From: Candidatus Levyibacteriota bacterium
GTDB lineage: Bacteria > Patescibacteriota > Microgenomatia > Levybacterales > UBA12049
DNA length: 64,000 bases
NCBI GenBank assembly: GCA_003152105.1
Contig: PLZJ01000002.1
Span: 533,682 to 597,681, forward strand
Reading direction: 5' to 3'
The position numbers were made by a program, and so were the translations under genes. How positions within the stretch are numbered: position 1 is the first letter of the stretch; each line of letters opens with the position of its first letter. Shown here one piece after another: positions 27,292 to 37,173 of the stretch. Under the pieces are notes generated by a model that was not told the DNA's origin, did no database searches, and worked only from the letters and a program-made list of their open reading frames with translations.

Positions 27292-28953
27292 ATGAAAAAT
27301 TTTACTTTTATGCAAAACAATAAATTTTTATACGTAATACTTCTAATCTTATCTATTCCATTACTACTTCCATATATACATTTTGGCTTTTTCCCAAGTC
27401 ATGATGGAGAATGGGCAGTTGTCAGACTAACTGATATGTACAGAGAAATAAAAGATTTACAATTTCCCCCTCGTTATAGTGGTAATTTAGACTTTGGATA
27501 TGGCTATCCATTGTTTAATTTTGCATATCCTTTCCCATATTATCTAAGTTTCTTGTTTCATATCTTGAAATTTAATTTTGTAGATTCTATCAAGCTTTTA
27601 TTTGCAATAACTGTTCCTTTGTCGGGAGTATTTATGTACAAATGTGCACTTTATCTGTGGAAAAACAAATATGCTGCATTTTTTTCGGCACTTCTTTATA
27701 TATATCTTCCTTATAGATTAGTTGATTTATTTGTAAGAGGTTCTATAGGTGAATCTATTGCTTTTGCTTTATACCCAATGCTTTTTTACGCGATATTTGG
27801 ATATTTGCAATCAAAAAAACGTATATATGGCATATTTTTTTCAATACTTCTTGCCATTTTGGTAACGACACATAATATTATGGCCGTTTATTTTATTCCC
27901 TTTATAATAGGTTTTTATATTTATCTTTATTTTACTAATAAGAAAGAGCTTGTATCATTTACGCTTTATATTTTACTTGGGATATGTCTATCAACATTTT
28001 TTTGGTTACCTGCACTTTATGAAAAGCAATATATACAATTATCAGTAATACCGATAGCAGATCGAACTATTAATTTTGTTACGCCTTATCAATTGATTAT
28101 TCCAAAAATAGGTTACGGAGTTCCTAATTTGCCTGATGGTTTTTCCTATCAAATTGGTTTTGCACAGCTTTTATTATTTATTCTTATTATTGTATTTCTC
28201 CTTCGATCATTATTTTCAAAAAAACAAAAGCAAATAAAAAACTTTACATTTATTAGTATATTTAGCATCATTGCTGTTTTTTATACTTCACTTTTATTTT
28301 CTCCAAGTAATTTTTTCTGGGAACATGCCCCTCTATTTAAAGAAATAAACTACCCATGGACACTTTTGTTGCCAATTGGATTTTTGATTTGTTTACTGAC
28401 GGGGTATATTTATAGCTTCAGTAAATATACTGCATATACAATAGCGATCTTATCAATTGTTACTGTATTTTTTTATCTTCCGTATGCAAATCCAGTGTCT
28501 TATGTAAACAGAGGTGATTTTTATTACTTAACAAATGACGCTACCACTACTTCGTCTTCTGAATACACACCACTTTGGGTAAAAGAGAAGCCATTAAAAA
28601 GACCTGATATAAAAGTGTATTCATTAACAAAAAATACCACTTTCTCAAATATTGTATTTAACTCTAAAAAGATTTCATTTGATTCATACGCACAAGAGTC
28701 AAGTACTATTATAATTAATACAATATATTATCCCGGGTGGCATTTGATAATTGATGGAGTAGAAACACATATTGGAATAGTAAATCCGCAGGGAACAATG
28801 AGTATTATTATTCCAAGTGGAACTCATCATATTATGGGGATTTTTAAAGAAACACCACTTAGACTTTTTTCTGATATTATTTCTCTTGTTGCGGTTATAA
28901 TAACAGTTGTATGTTTGGCCTTTTTTCTATTAAGGAGTAAAAATGATAAGTAA
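27292..28953 (+). CDS. YfhO-like polytopic membrane protein (family C paralog)
   Basis: N-terminal PSHDGEWAVVRL…FPPRYS…GYGYPLFNFAYP. C-terminal extracytoplasmic domain with YYPGWH…DG motif. About 13 TM helices. Confidence 0.5.
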   Translation: MKNFTFMQNNKFLYVILLILSIPLLLPYIHFGFFPSHDGEWAVVRLTDMYREIKDLQFPPRYSGNLDFGYGYPLFNFAYPFPYYLSFLFHILKFNFVDSIKLLFAITVPLSGVFMYKCALYLWKNKYAAFFSALLYIYLPYRLVDLFVRGSIGESIAFALYPMLFYAIFGYLQSKKRIYGIFFSILLAILVTTHNIMAVYFIPFIIGFYIYLYFTNKKELVSFTLYILLGICLSTFFWLPALYEKQYIQLSVIPIADRTINFVTPYQLIIPKIGYGVPNLPDGFSYQIGFAQLLLFILIIVFLLRSLFSKKQKQIKNFTFISIFSIIAVFYTSLLFSPSNFFWEHAPLFKEINYPWTLLLPIGFLICLLTGYIYSFSKYTAYTIAILSIVTVFFYLPYANPVSYVNRGDFYYLTNDATTTSSSEYTPLWVKEKPLKRPDIKVYSLTKNTTFSNIVFNSKKISFDSYAQESSTIIINTIYYPGWHLIIDGVETHIGIVNPQGTMSIIIPSGTHHIMGIFKETPLRLFSDIISLVAVIITVVCLAFFLLRSKNDK

Positions 28954-30628
28954 GAAAATACCATTATATTTATTATTTGTACTGATTGTATCCGTAGGAG
29001 CAATACTTCCACTTTTTTCTCATTATTTCTTTCCAATGCATGATGATACACAAGTTGCTCGAGTATTTGAAATGAAAACTGCACTTGTTGACGGAATGTT
29101 TCCTGTTAGGTGGTCGAGTGAGTTAGGGTTTGGGTTTGGGTATCCATTATTTACCTTTTATGCACCTTTGGCATATTACATTGGTGGAGCAATTGCTCTT
29201 ATCGGATTTAACGCTTTGTTAGCTACAAAAATAATGATTGGCATAATAATGCTTATTGCAGGAATTTCAATGTATTTTTTTGCGAGGGAATATTTTAATA
29301 AACCAAGCGCTGTTGCTTCATCTATTTTATATGTATTTGCTCCGTATCACGCGTTAGATTTATATGTACGCGGAGACATTTCTGAACTATTGGCATATGG
29401 ACTGCTTCCTTTTCTTTTTTTCTGTTTTTCAAGACTTGCTTTATTTCAAAAAAACTTTGTCTATATTGCGGGAATTTCATACGCATTACTTATTATTTCC
29501 CATAATTTAACAGCATTTGAACTAACTCCGTTTTTAGCGATCTTCTGCTTCCTATTACTATTACAATCAAAGAAAAAACTAAAACTATTCAAACAGTTTT
29601 GTTACGCATTAATACTTGGACTTGTGCTTAGTGCTTTTTACTTCTTACCAGCAGTAGTTGAATCTTCGTATACAAATGTTTTGTCTGATGTAAGTAACGG
29701 TTCAAATTTTGTAAATCACTTTGTATGCATTAATCAGTTGTGGTATTCACCATGGGGATTTGGTGGTTCTGCACCAGGCTGTATTGATGGACTTTCATTT
29801 AGTTTAGGTAAACTATATATTTTCTTATCTGTATTATCATTATTTTTAATCGTGTATGCATATATGTTAAAAAAGAAAGTAAAACTATATCCGTACTTAT
29901 TTTTTCTATCAGGTTTTTTACTTTCGATTTTCTTGTTACTACAAATTTCGCAACCAGTTTGGGAACTTATAAAACCAATGGCGTTTATTCAATTTCCTTG
30001 GAGATTTTTAATATTTGCTTCATTTTTCATGTCCTTACTAGCAGGTTTTGCACTAGATGTTGTTCCTCATATTTGGAATCGTAAATCAATAAAATGGCAA
30101 ATTGGAGGCTTAGGAGTTTTGGTAATTGTTGTAAGTATTACTCAAATAAAATTATTCCAACCACATTATTATAAACAACTTTCCGTTTCAGAGTACACAA
30201 GTTTTAAAGAAGTAGCATATACTGCCTCTCTTTTATCTGATGAGTATATGCCAAAGAATTTTACAATACCAAAATCATATTCTGTTGTTCCAAAACAAGC
30301 AGTAACTTCTTTATCAAAAGGAATTACCATTGTATCTATACAAAAGAAAACACAAAAAATAACTGCACTTGTTAATGCAGAATCTGAGGGAAATGTTGTT
30401 TTTAACATAGCATATTTTCCAGGCTGGCATATGCAAGTGAATGGAAAAGATGTTACTTATACCCATTTGGATAATGGTCTTTCGGTTTTTGTGCCAAAAG
30501 GATTTCATGAAATCACTGCCGAATATAGAAATACTCTGATAGAAAATATCTCAGATATCATTTCACTCTTGGGTATACTTTATATTATTTCTGCTATAAT
30601 TCTAAAGAAGAGATCCTATGGCAAATAA
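28943..30628 (+). CDS. YfhO-like polytopic membrane protein (family C paralog)
   Basis: PMHDDTQVARVF…FPVRWSS…GFGYPLFTFYAP, C-terminal AYFPGWHMQVNG. AAGGAG SD 5 nt upstream. Confidence 0.5.
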   Translation: MISKKIPLYLLFVLIVSVGAILPLFSHYFFPMHDDTQVARVFEMKTALVDGMFPVRWSSELGFGFGYPLFTFYAPLAYYIGGAIALIGFNALLATKIMIGIIMLIAGISMYFFAREYFNKPSAVASSILYVFAPYHALDLYVRGDISELLAYGLLPFLFFCFSRLALFQKNFVYIAGISYALLIISHNLTAFELTPFLAIFCFLLLLQSKKKLKLFKQFCYALILGLVLSAFYFLPAVVESSYTNVLSDVSNGSNFVNHFVCINQLWYSPWGFGGSAPGCIDGLSFSLGKLYIFLSVLSLFLIVYAYMLKKKVKLYPYLFFLSGFLLSIFLLLQISQPVWELIKPMAFIQFPWRFLIFASFFMSLLAGFALDVVPHIWNRKSIKWQIGGLGVLVIVVSITQIKLFQPHYYKQLSVSEYTSFKEVAYTASLLSDEYMPKNFTIPKSYSVVPKQAVTSLSKGITIVSIQKKTQKITALVNAESEGNVVFNIAYFPGWHMQVNGKDVTYTHLDNGLSVFVPKGFHEITAEYRNTLIENISDIISLLGILYIISAIILKKRSYGK

Positions 30629-31331
30629 ATTAAATGAGCTTACGATTTTTTTTCCCTTTTGGAATGAAGAAAAAAATGTTGAAAAAGTTGTTAACACCGC
30701 ACTTTTAATTGCTCCAACTATTGCAAAAAAATTTGAAATCCTAGTTATTGACGATGGATCAACAGATAACACATTAGAAGTTGCAACGAAACTGGCTTCA
30801 AAACAACCGTTTGTTACCATACTCTCTCATGCTCAAAACAGAGGATACGGTGCTGCTTTAAAAGAAGGGTTTGCAAATGCTCAGTATGATTATATTGTTT
30901 TTACTGATGGAGATGACCAGTTTGATTTTTCTCAAGTTACGAAATTTGTTGAAAAAATACATACTGCTGATATTGTCATAGGATTTCGTAGTAGACGCCG
31001 TGATAACATTAGTCGTCACATATTAATGTATATGCTTCGCATATGGGATCAAGTATTATTTGGATTTCATTTTAAAGATATAGATTGTGGATTTAAAATG
31101 TTTAAAAAATCTGCAATTGAACAAATTTCACCACTTCGTTCAGAGGGTGCAATGATCACTACAGAAATTCTTGCAAAATCTAAAAAGAAGAAACAAATAA
31201 TAAAAGAAGTTGAGGTTGATCACTATCCTCGAAAATTTGGCATTCAAAGTGGTGGAGATGTGTATGTAATAGTACGAGCAGTGTTAGAGAGTTTTGTGCT
31301 ATGGTGGGATATACGAAATGGAAGATTTTAG
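30618..31331 (+). CDS. GT2 polyprenyl-phosphate sugar synthase (DPM1/GtrB-like)
   Basis: VIDDGSTDNT, FTDGDDQ, DCGFK. Confidence 0.85.
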   Translation: MANKLNELTIFFPFWNEEKNVEKVVNTALLIAPTIAKKFEILVIDDGSTDNTLEVATKLASKQPFVTILSHAQNRGYGAALKEGFANAQYDYIVFTDGDDQFDFSQVTKFVEKIHTADIVIGFRSRRRDNISRHILMYMLRIWDQVLFGFHFKDIDCGFKMFKKSAIEQISPLRSEGAMITTEILAKSKKKKQIIKEVEVDHYPRKFGIQSGGDVYVIVRAVLESFVLWWDIRNGRF

Positions 31332-32781
31332 TATTGAGTCAGTATCAAAGAAATCATTAACAGGTTTTTTAGCCTTAAGTTCTCGTACCTTCTTTGTTAA
31401 AATTCTAGGACTAATTACCAGTTTTGTTTTAACAATATTTTTAGATAGATCGAGTTATGGCGTTTATTTTATCGCGTCATCAATTGTCGTTTTTTTAGTG
31501 TATTTTCAAGATATTGGACTTGCAGCTTCACTTATTCAAAAAAAAGAAAAACCTACACTTGAGGAACTACGTACAACATTTACCATTCAGCAAATTTTAG
31601 TATTACTCATTATTATTCCGTCCCTTTATTTCTCAAAATATATAGCAAACTTTTATCATTTAAATACATCGGGATTGTATTTACTCGACGCATTGCTCAT
31701 ATCATTTTTTATCTCATCGCTAAAAACAATACCCACAGTACTACTTGAGCGAGATTTGCACTTCCATAAATTAGTATTACCAGATATTGTAGAAAATGTT
31801 TCATATAATTTATTGCTTGTTATCTTTGCAGTAATGGGATTTGGTATAACAAGTTTTACGATTGCAGTAGTTGTCAGAAGCATACTTGGGCTTTTTGTAA
31901 TTTATTATATACAACCATGGGAAATAGGTATATCTTTAAATTTCGAAGTATTTAAGAAATTGGCTTCATTTGGCCTACCGTTTCAAGCAAATAGTTTATT
32001 GGCACTTCTTAAAGATAACTTGGTTAGTTTATTTATTGGAAAACTACTACCATTTGATCAAGTAGGACTTGTTGGGTTTGCACAAAAAATTTCCTATCTT
32101 CCATCTAATCTAATAATGGATAATGTTATCCGTGTAACGTTTCCTTCTTATAGTAGACTGCAGCATGATAAAGCAGGTTTAAAAATTGTAATTGAAAAGT
32201 CGCTTTTTTTAATTGGACTACTCATTTTCCCTCTTGTTGTACTTCTTATTATATTTTCAGGAGACTTTATTAAATATGTTCCTATTGCCCACTATCAAAA
32301 ATGGGCACCGTCAGTTATGTCCATTACATTTTTCTCATTAAATATATTATTTGCATCAATAACAGTTCCATTAACCAATTTCTTAAATGCTATAGGAAAA
32401 GTAAAACTTACGCTCTATGCAATGGTACTTTTGACTATTTTTACCTGGGGTCTTACTCCCTTATTTATCTTTCTTTATGGCTTTAATGGTGTTGCTATTG
32501 CATCTTTTATTGTGGCAGCAAGTTTGATATTAATTCTCCCTTTTGTAAAAAGACAATTAGAATTTTCGTTTGTAAAACCTATTATAAAACCACTTGTTGG
32601 AGCACTTGGACTTTTGGCGCTAGCTTTAACAACGACCATATTTATTAACAGCTTCATGCTCCTTATGTTTGCTGTCTTTTTCTCTGGTTTTGTTTACCTG
32701 TTTATTATGTACATGCTTGCCAAAGATGATATGAAAAGCATTTATTCATTTAGTAGGAATGCAATATTTAAATCAAAATGA
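31318..32781 (+). CDS. Wzx-like oligosaccharide flippase (polysaccharide biosynthesis protein, MOP superfamily)
   Basis: About 12-14 TM helices with PST-family N-terminal pattern (SLTGFLALSSRTFFVKILGLIT…). The track start 31294 is a TTG; first in-frame ATG is 31318. Confidence 0.7.
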   Translation: MEDFSIESVSKKSLTGFLALSSRTFFVKILGLITSFVLTIFLDRSSYGVYFIASSIVVFLVYFQDIGLAASLIQKKEKPTLEELRTTFTIQQILVLLIIIPSLYFSKYIANFYHLNTSGLYLLDALLISFFISSLKTIPTVLLERDLHFHKLVLPDIVENVSYNLLLVIFAVMGFGITSFTIAVVVRSILGLFVIYYIQPWEIGISLNFEVFKKLASFGLPFQANSLLALLKDNLVSLFIGKLLPFDQVGLVGFAQKISYLPSNLIMDNVIRVTFPSYSRLQHDKAGLKIVIEKSLFLIGLLIFPLVVLLIIFSGDFIKYVPIAHYQKWAPSVMSITFFSLNILFASITVPLTNFLNAIGKVKLTLYAMVLLTIFTWGLTPLFIFLYGFNGVAIASFIVAASLILILPFVKRQLEFSFVKPIIKPLVGALGLLALALTTTIFINSFMLLMFAVFFSGFVYLFIMYMLAKDDMKSIYSFSRNAIFKSK

Positions 32782-33698
32782 AAAATGTATTTGTTAGTAT
32801 TATAAATTATAACGGTAATAAGAATACGAAAGAGTGTTTGCATTCGATTGAAAAACTTAATCTAAAAGATATACGTCTCACTGTTATAGTCATTGATAAT
32901 AATTCAAAAATTCCTTTTGAAATTCCCGATTCATATTCAAAAAGTATCGCAATAAAAGTAATACGAAGTAATAGTAATCTAGGATTTTCAGGGGGACATA
33001 ACTTAGCAATCAAATATGCACTCGAACAAAACGCAGATTATGTATTTGTCTTAAATAACGATACAACACTTGAAAAAGATTCGTTAACTTATCTTTTGTC
33101 TCCATTTGAAACTAGCAATAACATAGGCATTACTGTACCTAAAATATATTTTTCAAAAGGACATGAGTTCCATAAAGATAGATACAAGGAAAATGAGTTA
33201 GGATATGTAATATGGTATGCAGGCGGAGGCATTAATTGGCAAACTATTTTTGGGATGCATAGAGGAGTAGATGAGGTGGATAACGGACAATATGATACGC
33301 AGGAGAAAACAGAAACTGCAACTGGATGCGCAATGCTCATTAAAAAAGAAGTGTTTAACAAAATAGGAAATTTTAATGAAAAATACTTTCTATACTATGA
33401 AGATCAAGATTTTAGTCTCAGAGCTACTCAAGTAGGTTTTTCAATTGTATATGTTCCAAAAGCAATTGTCTGGCATTTAAATGCTTCCTCAACAGGTGGA
33501 TCTGGATCGGAGTTACAAGACTATTTTATTTCAAGAAATAGAATGTATTTTGGATTTGTGTATGGAAGTATCAAGATTAAATATGCTCTTTTTAAAGAAA
33601 GCATGAGACTTTTACTTTCTGGCAGGAAGTCTCAAAAAAATGGTATACGTGATTTTTATCTTGGAAGATTTAAAAAAGGCAGCTTTCTACTCGATTAG
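32778..33698 (+). CDS. GT2 family glycosyltransferase (soluble, rhamnosyl/galactosyl-transferase-like)
   Basis: VSIINYNG, VIDNNS, LNNDT…, YYEDQDFSLR. Confidence 0.8.
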   Translation: MKNVFVSIINYNGNKNTKECLHSIEKLNLKDIRLTVIVIDNNSKIPFEIPDSYSKSIAIKVIRSNSNLGFSGGHNLAIKYALEQNADYVFVLNNDTTLEKDSLTYLLSPFETSNNIGITVPKIYFSKGHEFHKDRYKENELGYVIWYAGGGINWQTIFGMHRGVDEVDNGQYDTQEKTETATGCAMLIKKEVFNKIGNFNEKYFLYYEDQDFSLRATQVGFSIVYVPKAIVWHLNASSTGGSGSELQDYFISRNRMYFGFVYGSIKIKYALFKESMRLLLSGRKSQKNGIRDFYLGRFKKGSFLLD

Positions 33699-33712
33699 AT
33701 TATTGTTTGTCT

Positions 33713-35275
33713 ATGAAAAACATATATAAATTAAAAACAAAAGTAAAAACTATTCTGTTTTTTGTTGTAATGCCACTTTTTTTTCTTTTTATGCTCTATG
33801 TATATTATCAAAAAGCTGTTGCCTTTAGTTTTATAGATGAATTCAATAACTTTATGGCAGGCTATTACATACTGCAAGGCAAATCGCTTTATTCACAAAT
33901 ATTTTTTCAACACCAGCCCTTAATGGCATATATGAGTGCTTTTATTCAGCTCGTGCTTCATCCTGATACCTTATATAAGTTAATTTTGTATCACCGAATA
34001 TTTATTATTTTTGTCTCTATACTTTTTGACATACTACTTATCTATCGTTTTTCCTATATTGGTGTAGCGTTTAGTATTTTCTTTGAGTTATCTAAATTTT
34101 ATTTATTTGGAAGTCTATTTTTAGGAGAATCTTTTATCGTTTATCCTATTGTTTATTTATTTGGGCTTGCTTGGGAAAAACTACAAAAAAAAGTACTTTC
34201 ACTGCAAGATATTTTGATAAGTGGATTTTTTACTTTTTTAGTTGTGTGTACTCGTGAACCTTTCATTCCTGTAACGCTTTGTTTGTATGGATACGTACTC
34301 ATTGGAAAGTTAACAAAAAGCAAAGCATACAGCATTTGTTTTTTTCTTTTTTTAACATCATTAACACTTTTGACTTTACCACTTAGACAATATATGTTCG
34401 ACATAATTACAGTCAATTACAATAGCGTAGCTCTATCTGAAACCGCTGCTAATGGTATTCGGGGTATTGGCATTTTTCAAATATTTATATATCCATTTCT
34501 GTTATTTTTTGGTGGATCATGGAACATATTGAGAGAAATTATTGTTTTGTGTGACGTAATGCTACTCGGGATGTTGATATATGCATTTTATATTGGGAAA
34601 CGATTAAGTGTTTTATTTATACTTTTTTTTCTTGGGTTAGCAGCAGTACGTATAGTAACTCCAGGAACTATTTATTTTTCTGCTTATCATATTTTACCTT
34701 GGTACGGCTTATTTATCATGTCTTTATTTTTATTACTCAGTTTGTTCTATACAAAAAAATATAAACGTATATTTATAGTACTAGGTCTTTATAGTTTTAT
34801 CATCTGTTTGTTTATGCTTTTTTCAACACAATCTTTTATCTTTGAAAAGAATAATAGAAGTAATGATTTTACGACAAATTATGAACGATACTTTGTATTT
34901 GGATCTGTTATCCATGCGCTTGCAAAGCCCACCGATACAGTATTTGTTGATTCATGGGATAGCTTAATCTATTGGCAAGCAAAACAGCCTGTTGCATATC
35001 CGTATATATTTTATTATGTCCCGATGAATAATTACCCAATCTTTACTAATGCAAGAGTCGTGATGTTTAAGAATAACCCGCCTGATTTTTATTATTTTTA
35101 CTGTGGAGAAACAAAGTACTATTCACCTGGTATACCAAATATATATAAAAATGAATATAAACAGCTGTATAATATAACTGGACCTTCTTGTTTATATGTG
35201 CTTACTAAAAAAATTCCACAGATATCGCAAAATCAGTGGAATAGTGCTAAACAATTAGGATTTTATTTACCATGA
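33713..35275 (+). CDS. Polytopic membrane protein, family D paralog (uncharacterised, putative GT-C-like)
   Basis: First loop DEFNN-x-MAGYYILQG…HQPLMAY…SAFIQ, shared with 46192 (DEFDN…GGSYILHG…HGPLAYF…SAFIQ). Confidence 0.45.
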   Translation: MKNIYKLKTKVKTILFFVVMPLFFLFMLYVYYQKAVAFSFIDEFNNFMAGYYILQGKSLYSQIFFQHQPLMAYMSAFIQLVLHPDTLYKLILYHRIFIIFVSILFDILLIYRFSYIGVAFSIFFELSKFYLFGSLFLGESFIVYPIVYLFGLAWEKLQKKVLSLQDILISGFFTFLVVCTREPFIPVTLCLYGYVLIGKLTKSKAYSICFFLFLTSLTLLTLPLRQYMFDIITVNYNSVALSETAANGIRGIGIFQIFIYPFLLFFGGSWNILREIIVLCDVMLLGMLIYAFYIGKRLSVLFILFFLGLAAVRIVTPGTIYFSAYHILPWYGLFIMSLFLLLSLFYTKKYKRIFIVLGLYSFIICLFMLFSTQSFIFEKNNRSNDFTTNYERYFVFGSVIHALAKPTDTVFVDSWDSLIYWQAKQPVAYPYIFYYVPMNNYPIFTNARVVMFKNNPPDFYYFYCGETKYYSPGIPNIYKNEYKQLYNITGPSCLYVLTKKIPQISQNQWNSAKQLGFYLP

Positions 35276-36021
35276 AGATAAGTGCTATTATACTTGCCAA
35301 AAATGAAGAACAAGTTATTGCAGATTGCATAGATAGTGTTTCCTTTTGTGATCAAATAATTGTTGTTAATAATAATTCTACTGATAGAACTCTCGAAATT
35401 GCAAAAAGAACCAAAGCTGAAGTTATTACGTGTGATGATACTGATTTTTCTATTCTTAGAAATAAGGGTTTAGAAAAAGCAAAAAATGAATGGGTATTAT
35501 ATGTAGATGCAGATGAACGAATAAGTAAGGAGCTTGCACATGAAATAGAGCAAAAGACAAAAGTTTATATTGATATCAATTATTATTTGCTTCCTCGAAA
35601 GAACTTTTATTTAGGGAATCATCCTTGGCCAAAAATCGAATACATGCCAAGGTTATTTAAAAAAGTTGCACTAAAAGGATGGATGGGAAAATTGCATGAA
35701 AGCCCACAAGTTTCTGGGAGACAAGATGTATGCGTGCATTTTTTGCTACATTTCACACATCGAAATCTTTCTGAAATGTTAGAAAAAACAATAATTTGGT
35801 CTGAAATAGAAGCGGCGCTGCGTTATAAGGCAAATCACCCTAGAGTTACTTGGTGGAGATTTCCAAGAGTTATGATACCTACTTTTTTTACCTATTATGT
35901 TTCACAAAAGGGATATAAAGCTGGGACTGTTGGATTAATTGAAAGTATATACCAAAGCTTTAGTATATTTATTACCTATGCGAGACTTTGGGAAATGCAG
36001 CAAAAACAACTAAAGAAATAA
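35272..36021 (+). CDS. GT2 family glycosyltransferase (KdtX/WaaE-like, family E paralog)
   Basis: ISAIILAKNEE, IIVVNNNSTDRT, YVDADER. C-terminal YYLLPRKNFYLGNHPWP is shared with 49515. Confidence 0.75.
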   Translation: MKISAIILAKNEEQVIADCIDSVSFCDQIIVVNNNSTDRTLEIAKRTKAEVITCDDTDFSILRNKGLEKAKNEWVLYVDADERISKELAHEIEQKTKVYIDINYYLLPRKNFYLGNHPWPKIEYMPRLFKKVALKGWMGKLHESPQVSGRQDVCVHFLLHFTHRNLSEMLEKTIIWSEIEAALRYKANHPRVTWWRFPRVMIPTFFTYYVSQKGYKAGTVGLIESIYQSFSIFITYARLWEMQQKQLKK

Positions 36022-36111
36022 TCTTCAATAGGTAATACCCAATATTTCCGTGATTACAATAGTCGAGCTGAAAATAGAGGTAAAAATTGATACAATTAAT
36101 AAGTATTGCTA

Positions 36112-37173
36112 ATGAAAAAAATCGGTATTTTTGATCCTTATCTCAATACTTTAGGAGGTGGAGAAAGATATATTCTAAGTATTGCTTCGTGTCTTGCACA
36201 GCAAAGTGATGTAAGTATTTTTTGGGATGATGATTCTATATTGTTGGATGCTGAGAAGAAATTTAATATTCCACTAGCAAAAGTTCAATTTACTGCAAAT
36301 ATATTCTCCAAACATACATCACTTTTTAAAAGGTTTTTACAAGAAAGATCATATGACGCAATTTTTTATATGAGTGACGGAAGTATACCTTTTTTACATA
36401 GTAAAAATAATATTCTAATTTTCCAATTTCCAGTAAATTGGGTAAAAGGAAATAATGCGAGAACAATTTTAAAACTCAGAAAAATTAATAGGAGCTTAGT
36501 TTATTCTGACTTTGTAAAACAATATATTGATAAAACATTTGGCATTACATCTTTGGTACTACCACCACCGATAACGAGCGAATTTAACAAAAATGTTAAA
36601 AAAGAAAATATTATCATGACAGTAGGAAGGTTTACGCAGGGGATGAATACAAAAAAACAAGAAGTGTTAATTGAGGCATTTAAACAATTTTACGATAAAG
36701 GAAATAAAAAATGGACATTTTATATCATCGGTTCATATTTAGATATAGACGCAGTATATGTCGATAGATTAATACAACAAGCAAAAGGATATCCAATTAA
36801 AATAGTAACTGATATGTCGTTTAAGCAGCTAAGTGAAATTTATCAAAAAGCTAAAATATATTGGCATGCAGCAGGATACGGCGAAGATTTAGAAATGTTT
36901 CCTCATAAAGCAGAACATTTTGGTATTACAACTGTAGAAGCAATGCAAAACGGAGTAGTGCCAGTTGTTATCAACGCAGGAGGACAAAAGGAAATTGTAG
37001 AAGATAAAAGAAATGGGTTAGTATGGAATACGCAAGAAGAGTTAATTTCCTATACAATACGACTTACAAAAAGTATTACTTTTTGGAAGCAACTTTCTAA
37101 ACACGCTATCCAAGATGCGAAAGAATATAATATGGATATATTTTGTAAAAAAGTAAACGCGTTACTTATATGA
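36112..37173 (+). CDS. GT4 family (GT-B fold) glycosyltransferase
   Basis: EHFGITTVEAMQNGVVPVV (E-x7-E). TGaTACAAT at 36087-36096 upstream. The track start is a TTG. Confidence 0.8.
   Translation: MKKIGIFDPYLNTLGGGERYILSIASCLAQQSDVSIFWDDDSILLDAEKKFNIPLAKVQFTANIFSKHTSLFKRFLQERSYDAIFYMSDGSIPFLHSKNNILIFQFPVNWVKGNNARTILKLRKINRSLVYSDFVKQYIDKTFGITSLVLPPPITSEFNKNVKKENIIMTVGRFTQGMNTKKQEVLIEAFKQFYDKGNKKWTFYIIGSYLDIDAVYVDRLIQQAKGYPIKIVTDMSFKQLSEIYQKAKIYWHAAGYGEDLEMFPHKAEHFGITTVEAMQNGVVPVVINAGGQKEIVEDKRNGLVWNTQEELISYTIRLTKSITFWKQLSKHAIQDAKEYNMDIFCKKVNALLI

Noticed and set aside
29120-29140. GGGTTTGGGTTTGGG-like short tandem repeat
   Set aside because: It encodes the conserved GFGFGYP loop of a YfhO-like protein and is coding sequence, not a repeat element.
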